Assembly: GCF_964204645.1 (NCBI RefSeq)
Contig: NC_134031.1
Coordinates: 8,742,001-8,806,000 of the forward strand
Direction of reading: 5' to 3'
Length of the DNA stretch: 64,000 bases
From: Tubulanus polymorphus
Taxonomy: Eukaryota; Animalia; Nemertea
Shown: positions 1 to 15,600 of the stretch, in pieces
Position numbering within the stretch: position 1 is the first letter of the stretch
Layout of the letters: each line of letters starts with the position of its first letter
Notes under the pieces: generated by a model
What the model was told of the DNA's origin: nothing
Database searches by the model: none
What the model saw: only the letters and a program-made list of their open reading frames with translations
Made by a program: the position numbers and the translations under genes

Positions 1-690
1 ATCAAACTAAATGCCCAGGGACACCATACTCACTCGATGAAATTCTTGACAATTCAATATTCAATGGCTGCCGAACATAAACAGAAATCAATTACCTTTT
101 AACTCAGATTAATCATAGAGCATGTTATAAGCTACGATTCTGCTATTGCTTGTGGTCACAAAACATATGCCTAGGGCTATGGAGATACAATTTTATTATG
201 ATATTCAACGCCCCCTGGCAAACATATTCAGAAACTAAATTTTACACATCAGACGCATGAGGACTGATGTGACAAGGATGGCCGCCAATTGCGTAGAAAT
301 TGACTGATCGACTGAAATACCTGTCAATGTTTAAGTGATTCATTCCCGAAGTGTACCGATCACGACTCATCGAAAAATTGAAAACCATAAGAATGCTACG
401 GGTCTCAGAATCCAGAATAAAGATTACCTTTTTGAGCACAATAATCGGACGATTGTAATCTTGTGTCCGATTGACCCAGTCTTTTCTTGATTGGTCCCAG
501 AGGGATACAAAAGCATATGAAACATCGAGGAAATTTGCCAAAGGATCCTCAGTATGTCCCATGAAAACTTCACAAATGTTCAACTAGGGGTCCAGAAGTA
601 GTAGTATAGTAGTAGTATAGTAACGTAAACATGCTCCTGGGAAGCCCATATTCCCTCAGAAATTCTCCCAGACCCTGATGTAAAATTTCC

Positions 691-3600
691 CTAAGTGAAT
701 ACGACTGGATTCAATGGATCGGGCACTCGCATTCGAAAAGAACTAGAGGTCAGAAAAAGGTACACATGTTCTCGTGAAAACCTCTCAACCCGTACAGGGG
801 TCAGTCAGAAAATTACCACCACTGATTACCTAGTTTCTTTTTACCCAAAAGGCTAACTTACGTCGACAAGTGACTTGACGCCTACAAACGTATATAATCG
901 ACCCAATATTTTTTTGATAATGGGCCCTATACTAGGAGGCGTAAAACCTAAACAAGATCCTTAGATAAGCTACATACCTGACATTTCTTCGTATGCATAA
1001 TATGAAGGTGATAATCATGAAGAAGAATAAAAACACTCCTAAGACGATGGCCACTGTCGTTACACTTTTCACGTGTTGGGCAATAACATCGGCATGGTTA
1101 GCACCTGTGCGGCCTGATTCACCATCATCTACGTACGTATTGAGAAACATAGTATAAGATTTTTTCTGGTTGGGGTACGTTGATCGGGTTTACAAAATAT
1201 GCATAGGTACCAATATACATGTACATGGAAATAGCACTTTAGCCCGCCATTATACGCCCCTTGGTTGAGCATATACAGAAACCATGACCTTGAAACTCGT
1301 TACAATCATGGAATATGTCTACAACTTCACGGCCATTGATTGTGGCTATTGATTGTGGTTGGCAGGACGGCCATCGTCTGACGGCCATTTTTTCTTGTGA
1401 CGGGCCCTCAGGGTGCACATACACCTATGAAACACCAAGCAGAATTGTTCGAAGCGTCTTCAAAATTACCCTTGAAAATTCTAAATTGCACTAAATGATT
1501 TTGGCGAAAAACAATGATCACCAGTCATCGATCATGACTGGTCGGGCCAGTGCTTGGGCTGCAAATGGTAGATACATGCATACACCAAATATCAACACAA
1601 TCCATTGAATCCTCTTAAAAACCTCCCAGAATAACTGGATTCCTTCTACGAACGGATGGACAAAGGAAAAGACGAATGAACGACTGACTTACCATCATTT
1701 TTTGATATTATCGTTTCTCCGTAGAATTGATATTTAGCATGAAATCCCTGTAGCTCCGTTTTGGTGTTAGATTCGAATGTGATGAGCAAATGTCGACCAG
1801 TAGAAGTCATTGCACGGGGTAGTTTGTCTCCACAGAATCGACCAATCACAAGCGATGGAATTTGCCTTCCGTCATAAACAGTCACGTGATCTAGTTTATC
1901 ACTACACATGATTGGTCCATGTGATTCAAGGTTAAACGAATCGAACGCTAACGTGATCTTCATGCCCTTAGGTGCCTCGATGAGCCACTGACATTTCGTA
2001 TTTTTTGTGTATCGGTTTGGCCAATTTGGTGAGGCAAATTCCCCTTCATTTTCGGTCAAGATGGTCCCCTTGCAAGGCCATTCTAAATTCAGAATAATTT
2101 AAATCAATGAAATAAAGGAAAAGACGACTGTGATCGACACATCATATCATTCCAAACCTGTGTAGTAAAAAGCCCGGAAGCCCTGCGCCGTATTGATACT
2201 ATCAGCAGTAAAATGAACAGAAATTTTATTCGATGTAGAGGTCCATTCCGTGGTATCCACTGGTAAACATTGCTTGAGTGGCTGTCCCGGTTTCCCTGGA
2301 TCAATTACGGTTAATCTATCAACTTGATCGTTGCAATCTTCTGCCAACCAAGATTGAACCGCTAACTTCAGATGCGTAAAACGTATCCGTATTACCTGAA
2401 GGCATCATTAAACATCAAATACAACTTAACCCTGCGATTATCATTTCTTGAAAATGTGAATACGTGCATTATCAACCTTATTTTTGGTTGTCGATATATT
2501 CCATGTACAGTTCATTTTGTGGTTGTACTCCCGTGGCCAGTTTGGTGACGCAAAATCACCATTACGTGCGGTTAAAACTCCTCCACAATCTACAAAATTA
2601 CAAGGAAACATGTTGACATCAATAGATGTGACGATATTTGTATAACACAATTTATATTGATGTATTGGATATTAATTTAAGATGATTTTCGACTTACCGT
2701 TCAGTGGTTTCATTTCGAAATGATGGATGGCGATCAACCAACGTTTGTACAGACCTCCGACGTCATTTCCCGTTTTAGAATGCAAGAAACAAGTTCCTTT
2801 CACAGCCTAGAAAATCCATGTATTCGTATTAGAGTGGTGAGTTTGTTCTTACTACTGCACGTTCTCGACCTACATGCATTTATTTGATTGTCAAACGATT
2901 GTGGGTAAAAGAAGTATCCTGACATTGAGTATATAATATATACAAATAATAGATGGTGCATCCTTCCTCGAAAGGAATTCGAACCTAATGGAATCGCTAC
3001 ACTCACCCCCGCAACGCTAAGTCAAATTTTACGGAAGAACTATAAATGGCAAAACCCGGGGTAAGATAAGACGAATTTCTGATTGGCTATAATGACATGA
3101 TCTAGGCTGTACGTGTAGCTGCGCACTCAGTCTGGTGTGGCAGGATTTCGCACCGTGGTGAGTCTCGATGCCATCAGGTTCGAGTCCCTGCCGGAGGAGG
3201 ATATGTCAATGGTGATAGCAGTGCCGAGAATGAAAAGGAGAGAGAATGGTGATGACAGTGCCAAGAATGGAAAGTAGAGAGAAATACAGATACGATTCAG
3301 GCTCAATTCTGATAATGCTGACCTTGACAGTACTGCTATTGTGTATAAGCCGTAAGATAAGATACTGATGTTTAGATGCAGCAAAAAATACGTTAAAACG
3401 ATGTTTGATTGGTGGACACATCATGCGAATTTATTCGTACGGCGTCTGCGATATGTGATTTCAGACTCAAACTCGCATACTCCTCTCAACTTGAATCCTT
3501 TTAACTCGAAGATCCAGGAAGAAAGACACTAAATATTTGGATGGATATATGAAAGCTGTGGGTACTGGAGTGTGTAATGGGTAGTGTAGTGTGATCTGTG

Positions 3601-6600
3601 TGCGTTTGTGGCCAGCACACAGATCACATTGTTCATTGGGGTTTGGTTCAGGACTCGCGAGATTTTCAACAACACGGAAGTAACGTGTAATAAATGATGA
3701 CTTGAATTGCATGACTACCTACCACCCCTCATTATTGTTGGAAAACTAAACGTTCCGCACTGACTAAAAATTAGTAATAACATTTTAGAAATGGCCAGAA
3801 TTTTAACTTAGGTTCTATCTCATTTTTGTTTTACAATTGCGATTGGTATAATTTTTTTCTAAACGGCCGTTAAGGCTTCATGTTTCGTCTGCAATTCACT
3901 GCAAATAGTTACGCAACTACGCACATTTCAGTGTTTTTGGCAGCCGTACACTCAATCGGCACCGTTCGTGACTAGCTTCACTGCGGAATTATCATTAATT
4001 AACATCGCCTTATCACATCATCAACTTATATTGTGCCTTATAACCCTAACAGCCGAAATAATTGAAATGCACACACGATTTCTATCATTGAATATTGAGA
4101 GTGGCCATGTTTGTGTTCTGCTGCTTCGCGTAAATCCCGCGCGGTGGCGCAACCGCGCGGAGTGGGGCCGATACGTCCAGCATATATATGTTGAGATTTT
4201 CTCCTATGAAATGTTCTTCTGGCTCCTTGTCTCCTATGTTGAACCACACATTTTAATTCACTCTACTCGAAATTGCTGCGCTCGAATATTCATACAACTC
4301 TCGAACTTTTTTGACCAAAATTACGTTCAAACCCATCTCAACTTCAATATCTGAACGGCCTCCCGGCAGTAAACACAAGTATCGATGCATATGTTTATTG
4401 CTTTAATTACTAGGCTATCGGTAGTGATACATAGAAACATTGAAACAGTGATACATAGAAAATCCACGCTACACATTGAGACAATACACCGCTCACGGAG
4501 ACATTCAGTACGTACATAATCTCCAGCATGGCGATTCTAAAACCCGAAAAAAAACAGCCCGTTGCCCTAAACATGTCTATTGATTTTCTATAATTGAATG
4601 TTAGCATGCGGTTACACGTTCGTTTTGTCTACTTTTTTCGCGCCGAAAAAGTTTTTATGATCGTTCATTTTTCTCTGCACCAAGTAAAGGTTTTGGAGGT
4701 AAAAGGAGACAAAATAAACCTTACTTTACCGGAATTTATTTTTATTTAGCGTCTTATGTCAAACATATGGTGGCTGATTCGGGCCATGCTAAAAAAATTT
4801 TCTGTACGGCTAAAGGAACGATAAAAAAATTTTCACATTGGCTCGTTTTTTTGTTTTCTCGCGCGAGAATTCAAAACTTTTGGTTTTCTCGCGCGAGAAA
4901 ACTAAACATTTTGGTTTGAAAAATGTTTCTGACTGGCTAGAAGCTGGATAAAAAATTTTTACAATGGCCCATTTTTTGTTTTCTCGCGCGAGAAAACCAA
5001 AATGTTTTGGATTCTCGCGCGAGAAAACCAAAAGTTTTGAATTCTCGCGCTCTAGCCGTACAGAAAATTTTTTTAGTATGGCCCGAATCAGCCACCATAC
5101 AAACAAGCCATGTGGGATCGATACTGAATAGTTTATTGGTTTTTTGGCCAATTTCGTAAAAAAACCCAACTCGAATTCCGCTTAACTCTACATTCCGCTT
5201 TGATTTTTTTTCCTGGTCCCAAATGAATTGAGTTTGTCGCGATTCATAAATGATACACGTACAAAATTTACTCAATCACTGGCGTCAATCACTGATTCGG
5301 GCCATTACATAAAATACCTGGTATGCAAATAAGGGCGCCAGAACGCCAGAACGCCAAAACGAACTTTCAGGGAAAATTGGACGTTTGATTTCGTTTTGGC
5401 ATTCTGGCACGCTGATTTGCATACCAGAAATTTTTCGCTATGGCCCTTATCAGCCACCATACTGGCGAGCAAAAAATCATGCAACGAACGAGTTTTTGGA
5501 TGCCACAAACATGTTCAGAACAACACGAACTTGTTTTCATGAGTACGAAAACTGGTTTGTTCAACAAAATTAAAATCACGACTTAAATTAGATGTGGACC
5601 CTCTGTGGTTTGAATTATCCGCTATTAAGTAGAATGAGTAGAAACAAACAGTTAAATTATTTGGCCGATTCTCAACCAAGCATTTACCGAACAAATGTGC
5701 TGGTTTGAGCAGATCAGTTTATACCAGTCTTAACATATTTCATGAAACCTCAATTGCTCAAATAGTCAGCCAGCCAACCTTAAAAAACTATCCTAAAATT
5801 CGACGATCACGGCATTTTTTGTTACAGCTTGGCATCCGGGCTCATTTGATAGCAGAGTATCTGGGCTATCATGTGTGGTGGATGCCTTTTACAATTTTTT
5901 CGTTTTTTGGCCTACAGGGGGCGTTAAAGTCAGACATTTTGAAATTAAAACATCTTCATTTTCATTTGGCAGGGAAATACACTTTAAACTACTTTTGCTA
6001 AATAATTAGAATATCTCATCTTAGGTTTGGAGTAATTTTACAATCTAAACCTTTTCTGAGTCGGGGGATTACAGCGAATATAGCGCATCGTTAATTTTAT
6101 GGATATATTTATTTGTTACCTAGTTACAGCAGCAACAATCGTGTAATATTCACTTGAAAATAGCAATTTCATATGAAATATTCATTTTAAAGGTTATTAG
6201 CTCAAATATTGATGTTGTTAATGTTTTTTGTTGATTACTTTGATATTTCTTTAAACTTAATTATAACTCGTATGTACTTGGTCAATATCGGGATTAACTG
6301 TTTATTGGTTTCTATGGTAACAGCAATTCAAATCTGCGTTCTTCATCCGTCAGGTACCGGTATTTTGGGCGTTGGGTCTTTCGTGACATTCCATATGTCC
6401 TCAAACATGCCAAAAGTCTTCGACCATTTATTGGGCCGCTTATTACTACGTCTTGCTAACAATTGAATTGCAACAATGGTAACCATTGTTGCAATTGCAG
6501 AAAAATCGCGTAATTTGTCCACATTCTTGACGTAACCAATGGATTATTTGAGTATGTGTTTAATTAAAGCCATTATTTAATCTTTTCTCTTTAAAATTTT

Positions 6601-9600
6601 AAAATCATTCCATATTCGTTCACGAGTAAATTATAACTAAACGTTGTCACCATGGTAACCATATATTATATGCATTTATTTGAAAAAATTCCCATAAGAT
6701 TTTCTCCCATATCTTTTGAAAGCAAATGTGCCCGCTCGGCGCTGTGCGACTAAATTCGCCGCGCATAGACGTATCCCCCGACTGTCTTACAGCCGTCTCG
6801 TGCATCCAGCAAACCCGACAGTTAAAAAATCATTTCTCGCAAACTAAACATACGATCTGTTCCAAACCTTCAATCGAGTATATTCGAGGATCAGAACCTT
6901 ATTTTCGAAACCGTTGAAACGAATAGCGAAAGTGTCGGCGAGATGGTAAGGCCTCGCAAAAAAGTATACGCTTGTTTCTTATCAGCCCTTTTTCGGAAGG
7001 TGTCAAGAGCGGCAGATTTTTATTTTCACCTCCCTTTTTAAAACAAAGAGAAATAAAAAGCCTTATTCCAAACGATACGACAATTTTACGTTACCGAACT
7101 GCTCACCTGCCAGAGTACCGGTAGCGACCGTGAGACAAAAACATAACAAAATGTTATCTGGTTGTTATTCGGGATGCGCGGGGAGTGTTTTGTTTTTTTT
7201 AAAGAAATGATTTCTTGATGCAGGATGCACATTTTAGTAATCTATATTTTGGGCAACGATTCGGCTAAGTAGCCATTATCAGGCGTATTGGGCTAATAAA
7301 AGTTTGTGTGACTAGTTCTCATTTTCAATTGAGCCGAATAGAGGAGAATATCGAAGCTACAGTGTACATTTATCTTGATACGCAATTCAGGAATTTGTGG
7401 CTTTAGGTTACTGTAGTATATACTGAACAGTTCCACGTGCGTGATCGTTATGTAGGGCACAAAAACTAAAAATTAGAGTAGCTATGATTTAAAGCACCTT
7501 CGATACTAGGAACAACACATTGAGGCTTTATAGGAGTTAATAATTGACTGTACCATCTGAACCCCGGAATCAGTTGATTTTACGATCCGAAAGCGAAATT
7601 ATCGAAATGAATGGATTGTTTTCCCACGAATAAATGATGAGAGCGCTATTGTGAATATTCGGTATTCGGTCGGGATCAAGGTGAAAAAAAACAGTTACGA
7701 GAATAGTTCCTGGATTGTTATTGGAGTTAACGTTTCTCGTTGAACCATGAAAATAGTTGCGGGAGAAAATCAGCTTGTGTCCTCAATATATCAGTGCTTC
7801 ACACTATAAAATTTTTCCACAAAAATGTTAAATGTTAGAAATTTCACTGTGCGTGTAGTAGTTTGGTGAAGACAATTACCTGATAATCGAACGATCTACA
7901 AATAAAATCACTTTCTTTCACACACAACTCGGCGCATCTATCTGGTGACACGCGATTGTAATGTTTTTTATTGCTGCCAGAAAGGACAGCAAATGGTGTC
8001 ACGTAGAAGTAAACCAACCATTTTTCTAGAAAATGCAATTAAATCAAATGGATACATTTATCGAATAAGGAAAGATTTTTTGTGATCAATATATTGGAAT
8101 TCTATAGCAGAATCTTTCGTATGACACTGACCTATCATTTCGAGGTGAAATATATCGGCACTTGGCTGTAGTCCATGAACATTAGCGGTCATGTATTCGC
8201 TGGTACCGCACATACCATCGGATGGGCGGAAGTCAAAACTCATGCATCGGAAAGTCGTCTCATTAAGACACTTATCGGCGCACTGTTCGACCGTTAGTCC
8301 TAATTTCTTGAACAGATAAACCGATGATCGGTGGAGTGGTCGCAAAGATCCAAGGCCATAGTTTATGAACTTAGCCAGGGTCCCTTCTAAAAAGAAAATA
8401 TCCCGAAACAAATGTTAGATCTGCAATATAATCGATTTTCGGATAATAGGTACCAGGTAACAAGATGATCTAACTCGGCAAATGTTATTCTATGTATCTT
8501 TGCGTGATTTATTCTGCACGCTGATGCATGTCTGCATTTGGAACACCGGCTTTACTTTTAGTTGAAAACGTGGCCCCCAATTAACCACCCCCCTCCCTCC
8601 TCCGAAAACATATATATCTTGTACTTATGTGAATGATATTACCTCTAAGAAACGATTCAATCAATATGGATTTGCTTACTATACGTAGCTCAGAAGAAAC
8701 TAACTGCTTTCTGGTCCTATCAAATATATCAGTTTTCCATAATGAATATGTATGTAAATTTTTTAGAAATTGCCTCTCGTCTCCGTAGCTATTACTTAAC
8801 TAACGCGTATCTTGTAAGCCTGTATATGCTGGCTTAAAATGTAAAGATGGCACTACTACACGCTCAGATGGAACAGCACATGACTCCGACACGTAGATAT
8901 TTAACGTCATTCACGGGGGCTACACATTTTTGTTTGCTTCCTTTAGTTCTGTTACCTGTGGCTTCCATGGGTACATGATATATTCAATAGGTGAGGCACT
9001 CAGTCTCAATGGACACAGGTTATATTATCTATATTCCCGGGATCCCACATGGTCTCTACGACAGGAGATCAAATGATTCGTACATTCTAAAATTCTCCAC
9101 GGCTGATGGACGAATCGAGGCGTTTGAAGTTCTGGGGCCGTTTTATAGATGGGTATTAACTAACTCAATTTCAAACCCTCAGGTTAAAAATTAAACCAGT
9201 CTATAAAACCTTCCCCTAGACTAAAGCCACCATTGGTTCCCATGGCTTTCGCTCAGTTGGTAAATGTATAGCCAGGGAGGTGGGGAGTGAACCTCCCTGC
9301 TAGCACTCGCACCGGAAGCATAGTCAACGAGTCGTTGAAAATTACAAGGCCGACGTACCACCGGCTTGATCAGGAGTTCGACTCCCGTATGGATAACATA
9401 TTTTTCTTATAGCTACTTGTCAAGTTTCTATGATACATATATCGTACAGGTATGATACATATGGCCTCCACGGGCACAGGCAATAGGCCTATAGTTGTGG
9501 ATGCTCATTGGCGGATGAGCCGTAGTTTGTAAGGGCATGGCTTAGCCAGATTCCTGAGTTCCCACATTTTTCCACGGGTACGCGATTTCACATATTATAT

Positions 9601-12600
9601 ACATGATATACAGTATATCTGTTTATTTTACAGGATCTACTGAAGTCAGGGGCATTGAATCGAAGCTATTACAATCATTACTGCACCTGGAATGCGTTCG
9701 TAATAATCTAACTGTGATGAATAAAGCCTTGCTTGGTTGATATTGTCCACGTGAGATTCTCGTTCAGACAGCCAACACTCCTTCGTGTAGAGCAGGTACC
9801 CGAAAGCGCGACATTTGAACACAGTTTCCAACGCACAATACCTAGCACATCCTTCCAGCGTAAGCACATTATGGTGTTTCGAACGGGAGTGGTATCGTAC
9901 ATTACTGCTTGGCAACTTCCTTTGAAAATTCCGAAGATAATTTGCTGAAATAAGATAAACATTACCTGCACATAGACCTTTTACAATCAAACATGAGGGA
10001 TACCTTTCAAAAGATCACCTCATTATACATGTATAGATCATTCTCTAAAGCCTAGAAATAGAAGTCGAATTTGGGAATATTTCGTATTTTCTACCACCTA
10101 TATTCAACATCTATACAGGGACAAGGTTTTATGTAAAGAACTAGATCTATTCAAAATCAAGGAAATACATTATTTTCTTATCTCGGATTCGAACCTCGAA
10201 ATTACAAAATTGGGATCCATTCAGGCACTGAGCAATTTTCAGTTAATAAACAATATCTATTTGAATTTAGGCCTATATGGTTATGGAAACAAAAAAAATT
10301 CGAATTGAAAGGATGGAAATGAAATATGTTAAATCGTCTGGGATTCGAACTTTAATCTGACTCGTTCATACAGAAAAATAATTTGCGAAATATAGCTACA
10401 AAGCAGCGATAACGGGTTTTTGCCTAGCAGCATCATTATGCAAACCTTTGGAAATTATGATTAGAAATTTAGAAAATTGTGTATTGTAACCTGATATGAC
10501 TGGTACAACTACGTCAATGTATTTTATCACTGTAAAGCCGGGCGCACACCTTAAGACCCTACAAATTACTTTCGATATGATATAGTTCTGATATATTGCC
10601 CATGTCCTATAAATATTGTACCTATGTTACATCATTTCATTCCATGATTCATCTTCATTTCATCTCCTCATACATTTCATGTAGAGAGTTGAACCGTCGG
10701 TCAGTTTACCATAATCAGGTAAGGAAATCCGATCCCGACGGTGAGATTCTTTACTCCCATCCTTAAGATTACCCCTCCCTCGATATTTGCCATTCTTACC
10801 TACACTCGGACCAGTCGGTAATAAACGTTCCATATATTTGAATTCACGATTGGACGTTTCAATATTTTCTCCTAAGGAACTTGGACAGTTATTTCACGGA
10901 CATGAGATCACCTATAGCTGAGTTAATCACCTATATATCAGTTCGAACAAGCACTAATGACGCTATTCAATTAACGCCAATATGAAATTACGCCGCAGAT
11001 TCAAACCAAAAACCACGGTGGTTTCGAATATAATGGAGTGGAAACCAAGTTCTATTTCAATGGAATTCCAACCAAATGATGACAGGCACTGTCGGATGTG
11101 AAAATATTGAAATATTTTCATATCCGAAATAAAATCTGTGTTGTAAATGTAAATGTTATACTTAAACTCATCCAGATAATTACAAGTTCCTAGTTTCTCC
11201 AATGCTAGGAAACATGAAATATCCAGACACTTAATACATCAACAGTGGAACCTCGGAAATATTCAGACACTTAATACATAAACAGTGGAACCTCGTTGCA
11301 ACACCTTCACAGGACCAGAAAATATGTTCGTTATGACCGAAAGCCGGTTTTAACGAGGTTCCACTGTATTATACAAAATTTGATCCTCTAATTACGTTTG
11401 TTTGACGTTTCGGTAGAAAAAAAATTAGAAGTTGCTAAACCCATTACCGCTCTTGTCAAATGTATACAATCAAATAGCCCTGCATTAGTAGTGAGTAACA
11501 TATGACTAGACTTAAGAAATAAACAGATACGTAAACTATTTGGTTGCTTTAGACAGTGATAACCATTTTGACGTACATTACATCGTGGAATTGGCTAATA
11601 CACAATATTTTGAACATAACAGTATTCTCTTTTCCACGAAGTCATGTCACGGTGACACCTATCGGCTCGCTTAATACTTTGATAAGAATGCCCACAAACA
11701 GTGGCCTACTGGTTATAAGAGAAGCTGGTTTGGAAAGAGAAATGGTAAAAGCTGGGACCCCCCAAGTGACGTCACCAAACGCTCCAAAAAAACAAACCAA
11801 ATTAAGGGGTCCAGGAACACCATGCCCACTTGGGAAGTAGTTTAGAATACTCAACAATGTGACGGTTTCAATATTCAAAGCCCCTGGTGACCATATACTG
11901 AAACCAATGACCTTGAACTAACCACAATCATACAACATGTCATGAGCTACAATACACATTACAAAAATATGCCTCGGTGCCAATATAATAAGGAAATACA
12001 TAGTTATTCCGCTATTGAGTACCCCCTGGTGACCATATACAAAAACCAATGACCTTGAAACTCATCACTACACTTATAGAACATGTCATGAGCTACAATT
12101 TTGCAATTGATTGTGGTAACAAAATATGCCTAGGTAGCAACAAAACATGGAAATACTGATTTACTGCGCTATTCAACTTCCCCTGGTCACAATATACAAA
12201 ACCCAATGACATTGAAACTTACCACATTAACAGAACATGTCCTGGGCTAAAACTCTGCAACTGATTGTGGTTACAAAATGTGCATACCATAGGTACCAAT
12301 ATAAACAGACAAATTGTATTTGATTCAATATTAAACTCCCCTGGTGACGAGAAGTAACAAGAGCCCCAAGGGGCACTATGGCCAGCCTGTCGGCTTTTCA
12401 TAAAATGGCAAATGATGATGCATTCTGTGGGTTGAATTTGTCAAAATACACTCCCAGCTCAGAGTCAATACCTAATAATTTACACAATACAATCGTAGAA
12501 TACAAACGTAGCACAGTCAGCGACTGGATCTGGCAGGAACAAATACCTCAGATAAATCTTTTCCCTTGGTCTTGTTGATTTTAATGCGGAATAGAATTGA

Positions 12601-15600
12601 ATTTTCTGAAATTTGCTCAATAATACAAAATTGAATTGGATTTGATGTTTTTATCTGTTCAATAAGGTAAAATTGAATTGGATTTGATATTTTTTTAGAG
12701 AATAAAATTTGATTGAATTTGTAGTTCGAGCACATGGCTAATTAGCATATGAAAAAGCTATTTTTCCCGGACTTTGCACAATGGTCAATGATATTTTCTG
12801 TAGCGCTGATAAAAATATTCCTCCCAAAAACCAAATCACCTAAAGCTTTCACAGAAATCGATCTTGAAATTCAATTTTAGATCTGAAAATAAAACCCGGA
12901 AGTAAAACGGTAAACGATACCGCGGGTTCACGTGAACACCTGCTGATTTCTGCGGCTAAGCCAATCATAGAGGAGTCTTTGCTTTCTGATTGGCTTTTCA
13001 AAACCAATATTTTTGATATTTTTAACATTTTTAAAACCAATATCATATAAATTCTAACGAGGCCCTCTTTCAAAATTCAGCTACGTAGAGTTTGGAGAAT
13101 GGATAATGCTTTAATCAATGATTTGTATGAATATATGGTCAGTTGCACAGTCAAAGAGCCTCAGCTCTGGAAACCATGTCATTTAAATTCGCTCCATTTG
13201 TATAGTAATCGGCTCAGCCTACGGCTGGCCTAAAACTGGGTAACCCCATTCCACATGAAGAGATATATGGCAGTGCTAATAATAATCAAATATTAAAACA
13301 ATAATTTAAAACCTGTTGATATTATCCTCAAAAATCCTTTTCCCAACTAACGAATGAAAACCGATTAAGATGGCCGCCAATTGCGTGATATTCGATTGAT
13401 TGCAAACCCATTTGATATGCCCCAGATCCCTCCCCATAGAATACACATCACAAATTTAAATGAAAAATGACAAACCATTAGCAAGCTACAGGCCTCGGAA
13501 TTTACGTTAGGTCAAAACCTTTTTGGGCACACGGGATCTAATCGATCTAACCTTTCTCATGCTGATGGACCCTTGAGAGATACAAATATATGTGAGAGAT
13601 CAGGAAAATTGATGGAAATGCCCTCAAAATTTCCCTTGAAAACTTCAAAAATGTGCTGATTTCGTCGAACAATGGCTGCCAGTCGACCATCTTGATTCTG
13701 ATCGGGTCAGTTTTTTGGCTGAAGATGCATCTAGGGTAGATACATGTATACACCAAATATCAATTCTATCCATAGAAGCACTCTCAACTTCAAAACTTCC
13801 CAAAATAACTGGACGGACGACGGACGAAAAGGGAACGCGTAATAGCCCACTGAGACCAAAGTCCCAAGTGGGCTAAAAAGGAGAGGACAAAACCAACCAC
13901 ACAATAGCCTCCATAACAAAGGTAAAATACAGACCAGAGGAATACTATAAGAGCAAACGTACCAGCAATAAAGCCATAAACCAGAAACTGATATTTCTTA
14001 ATCTGAGTGGTCACAACTATGCAAGGTGACGCGTCCCACACAAACGGAGCAATCTAAATCATGTTTTGAGCGCAACTTAACTCTCGTGGAAATGCGCTAA
14101 ACGAAAGCGCTGAAACTGATCAGAAAACCGGAATTTATAGATTTTCTCCATGACCGATAAATCTCACAATGTGGGGACTAACGTCATTTAAAGGAGATCA
14201 AAACACAGATGAGATAATAGAGAATCAACAACCGCAGCCAGCCAACTGAGTTTTCTCTGCTTTAAATTCATTCATTCATTTATTCGTTATTACTCTTTTT
14301 GCGTTTCTTCTTTCTTTCCTTACTTGACACTTGAATGGTTTAATTTCTAAATATGTAACAACTGATGCAATAAAGGATTACAAGTCCACCAATTCTAGGG
14401 CTCACGGCCCTCTAGCTCATACACGACAGGCAACAGGATACACATTCCGGAAGAGGCACATAGCCTCTGGTCCACATATAGTGGGCCCCGGGGCACCCAG
14501 CCTTCCAGCCCGCAAAAGGCAGGCAACAATACACGCAAACCTATGAGGCAAACATCCTCCGGTCCACACATATTGGACTCGGGGCAAACAGCCTGAAAAG
14601 CACACAGCCTCTAGACCACACACAATGGGCGACCACTCATAGTGGACTACCCCCATGACCACACACACTGGGTTACTCCGGACAGCAGCCTCAGACAACA
14701 CACATAATATAAAGTCGCACAAAATCATAAATTCTACAAGAAGTAGACAGACGCTGAACAAAGCTAAGCTGTAGACAACCAGAACGTAAAGCATGTCATG
14801 CAGCAAGGAAAACCAATGCCAAACTGATTTCCTCCGTCAGTCCACAGCGCCTCGTAGTGAGAATAGGCTACGGTATATATAATCCAAACTAGTTTCTAGT
14901 CAAGCTCCTTTAGACTAATATATTCTTATAAACTACACTTTATAAGCTGGACACGTAATCAATCCAATTCATAAAGCCATTTAACAGCCTAATACAAGCC
15001 TTTACCAATCTATACATATTACTTTAGAGGGGGCGAACTGAGGGGCCAATCAAAATCTACACATAAAATTTGTGGTCATTGGGGCTAAGTAGAATCCTAG
15101 AATATTTGGCACAAAGTAAGTACAACTGTTTATGATGATTATAACGATTGTTATAATAATAGAAACCCCAAATATGGGGTTCGAAACAATTTCCCATCAC
15201 CACCTTTACGCGAGTGTCTACCCCGGTACATACAATGGATTTGATTGTAAGGGGTTTGGCATCGGATCGGGTTTAATCTATTGGCTTGATTCGAATCCTA
15301 GAATGATGATCTTTCATCGGGTCCAGTTACACCCAAGTGATATCAATGGACCATCGACAAGTTCGATCAATACTTTTAATGATGAAGTGGATCATTCTTA
15401 CAGAGCCTTGACTAGTAAGAAGAGAACAAATTAATGTATTATTACAGGTTTCTGCACAGAGCTACACTGTTGAAGGAACATATAATTTCAATGTAGCCCT
15501 AATGGGATTCGTATCTCGGCATGTAAATTACGAAATGTGGGATTCGAACCGGCGATCAACTATTTAAATCAATAAAATATATTTGAATTAATTGATAAGA

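Noticed and set aside
13880-14880. GC-richer segment with ORFs at 14331 and 14417
   Set aside because: No recognisable domain, splice pattern or termini; possibly a retroelement remnant, but unsupported.
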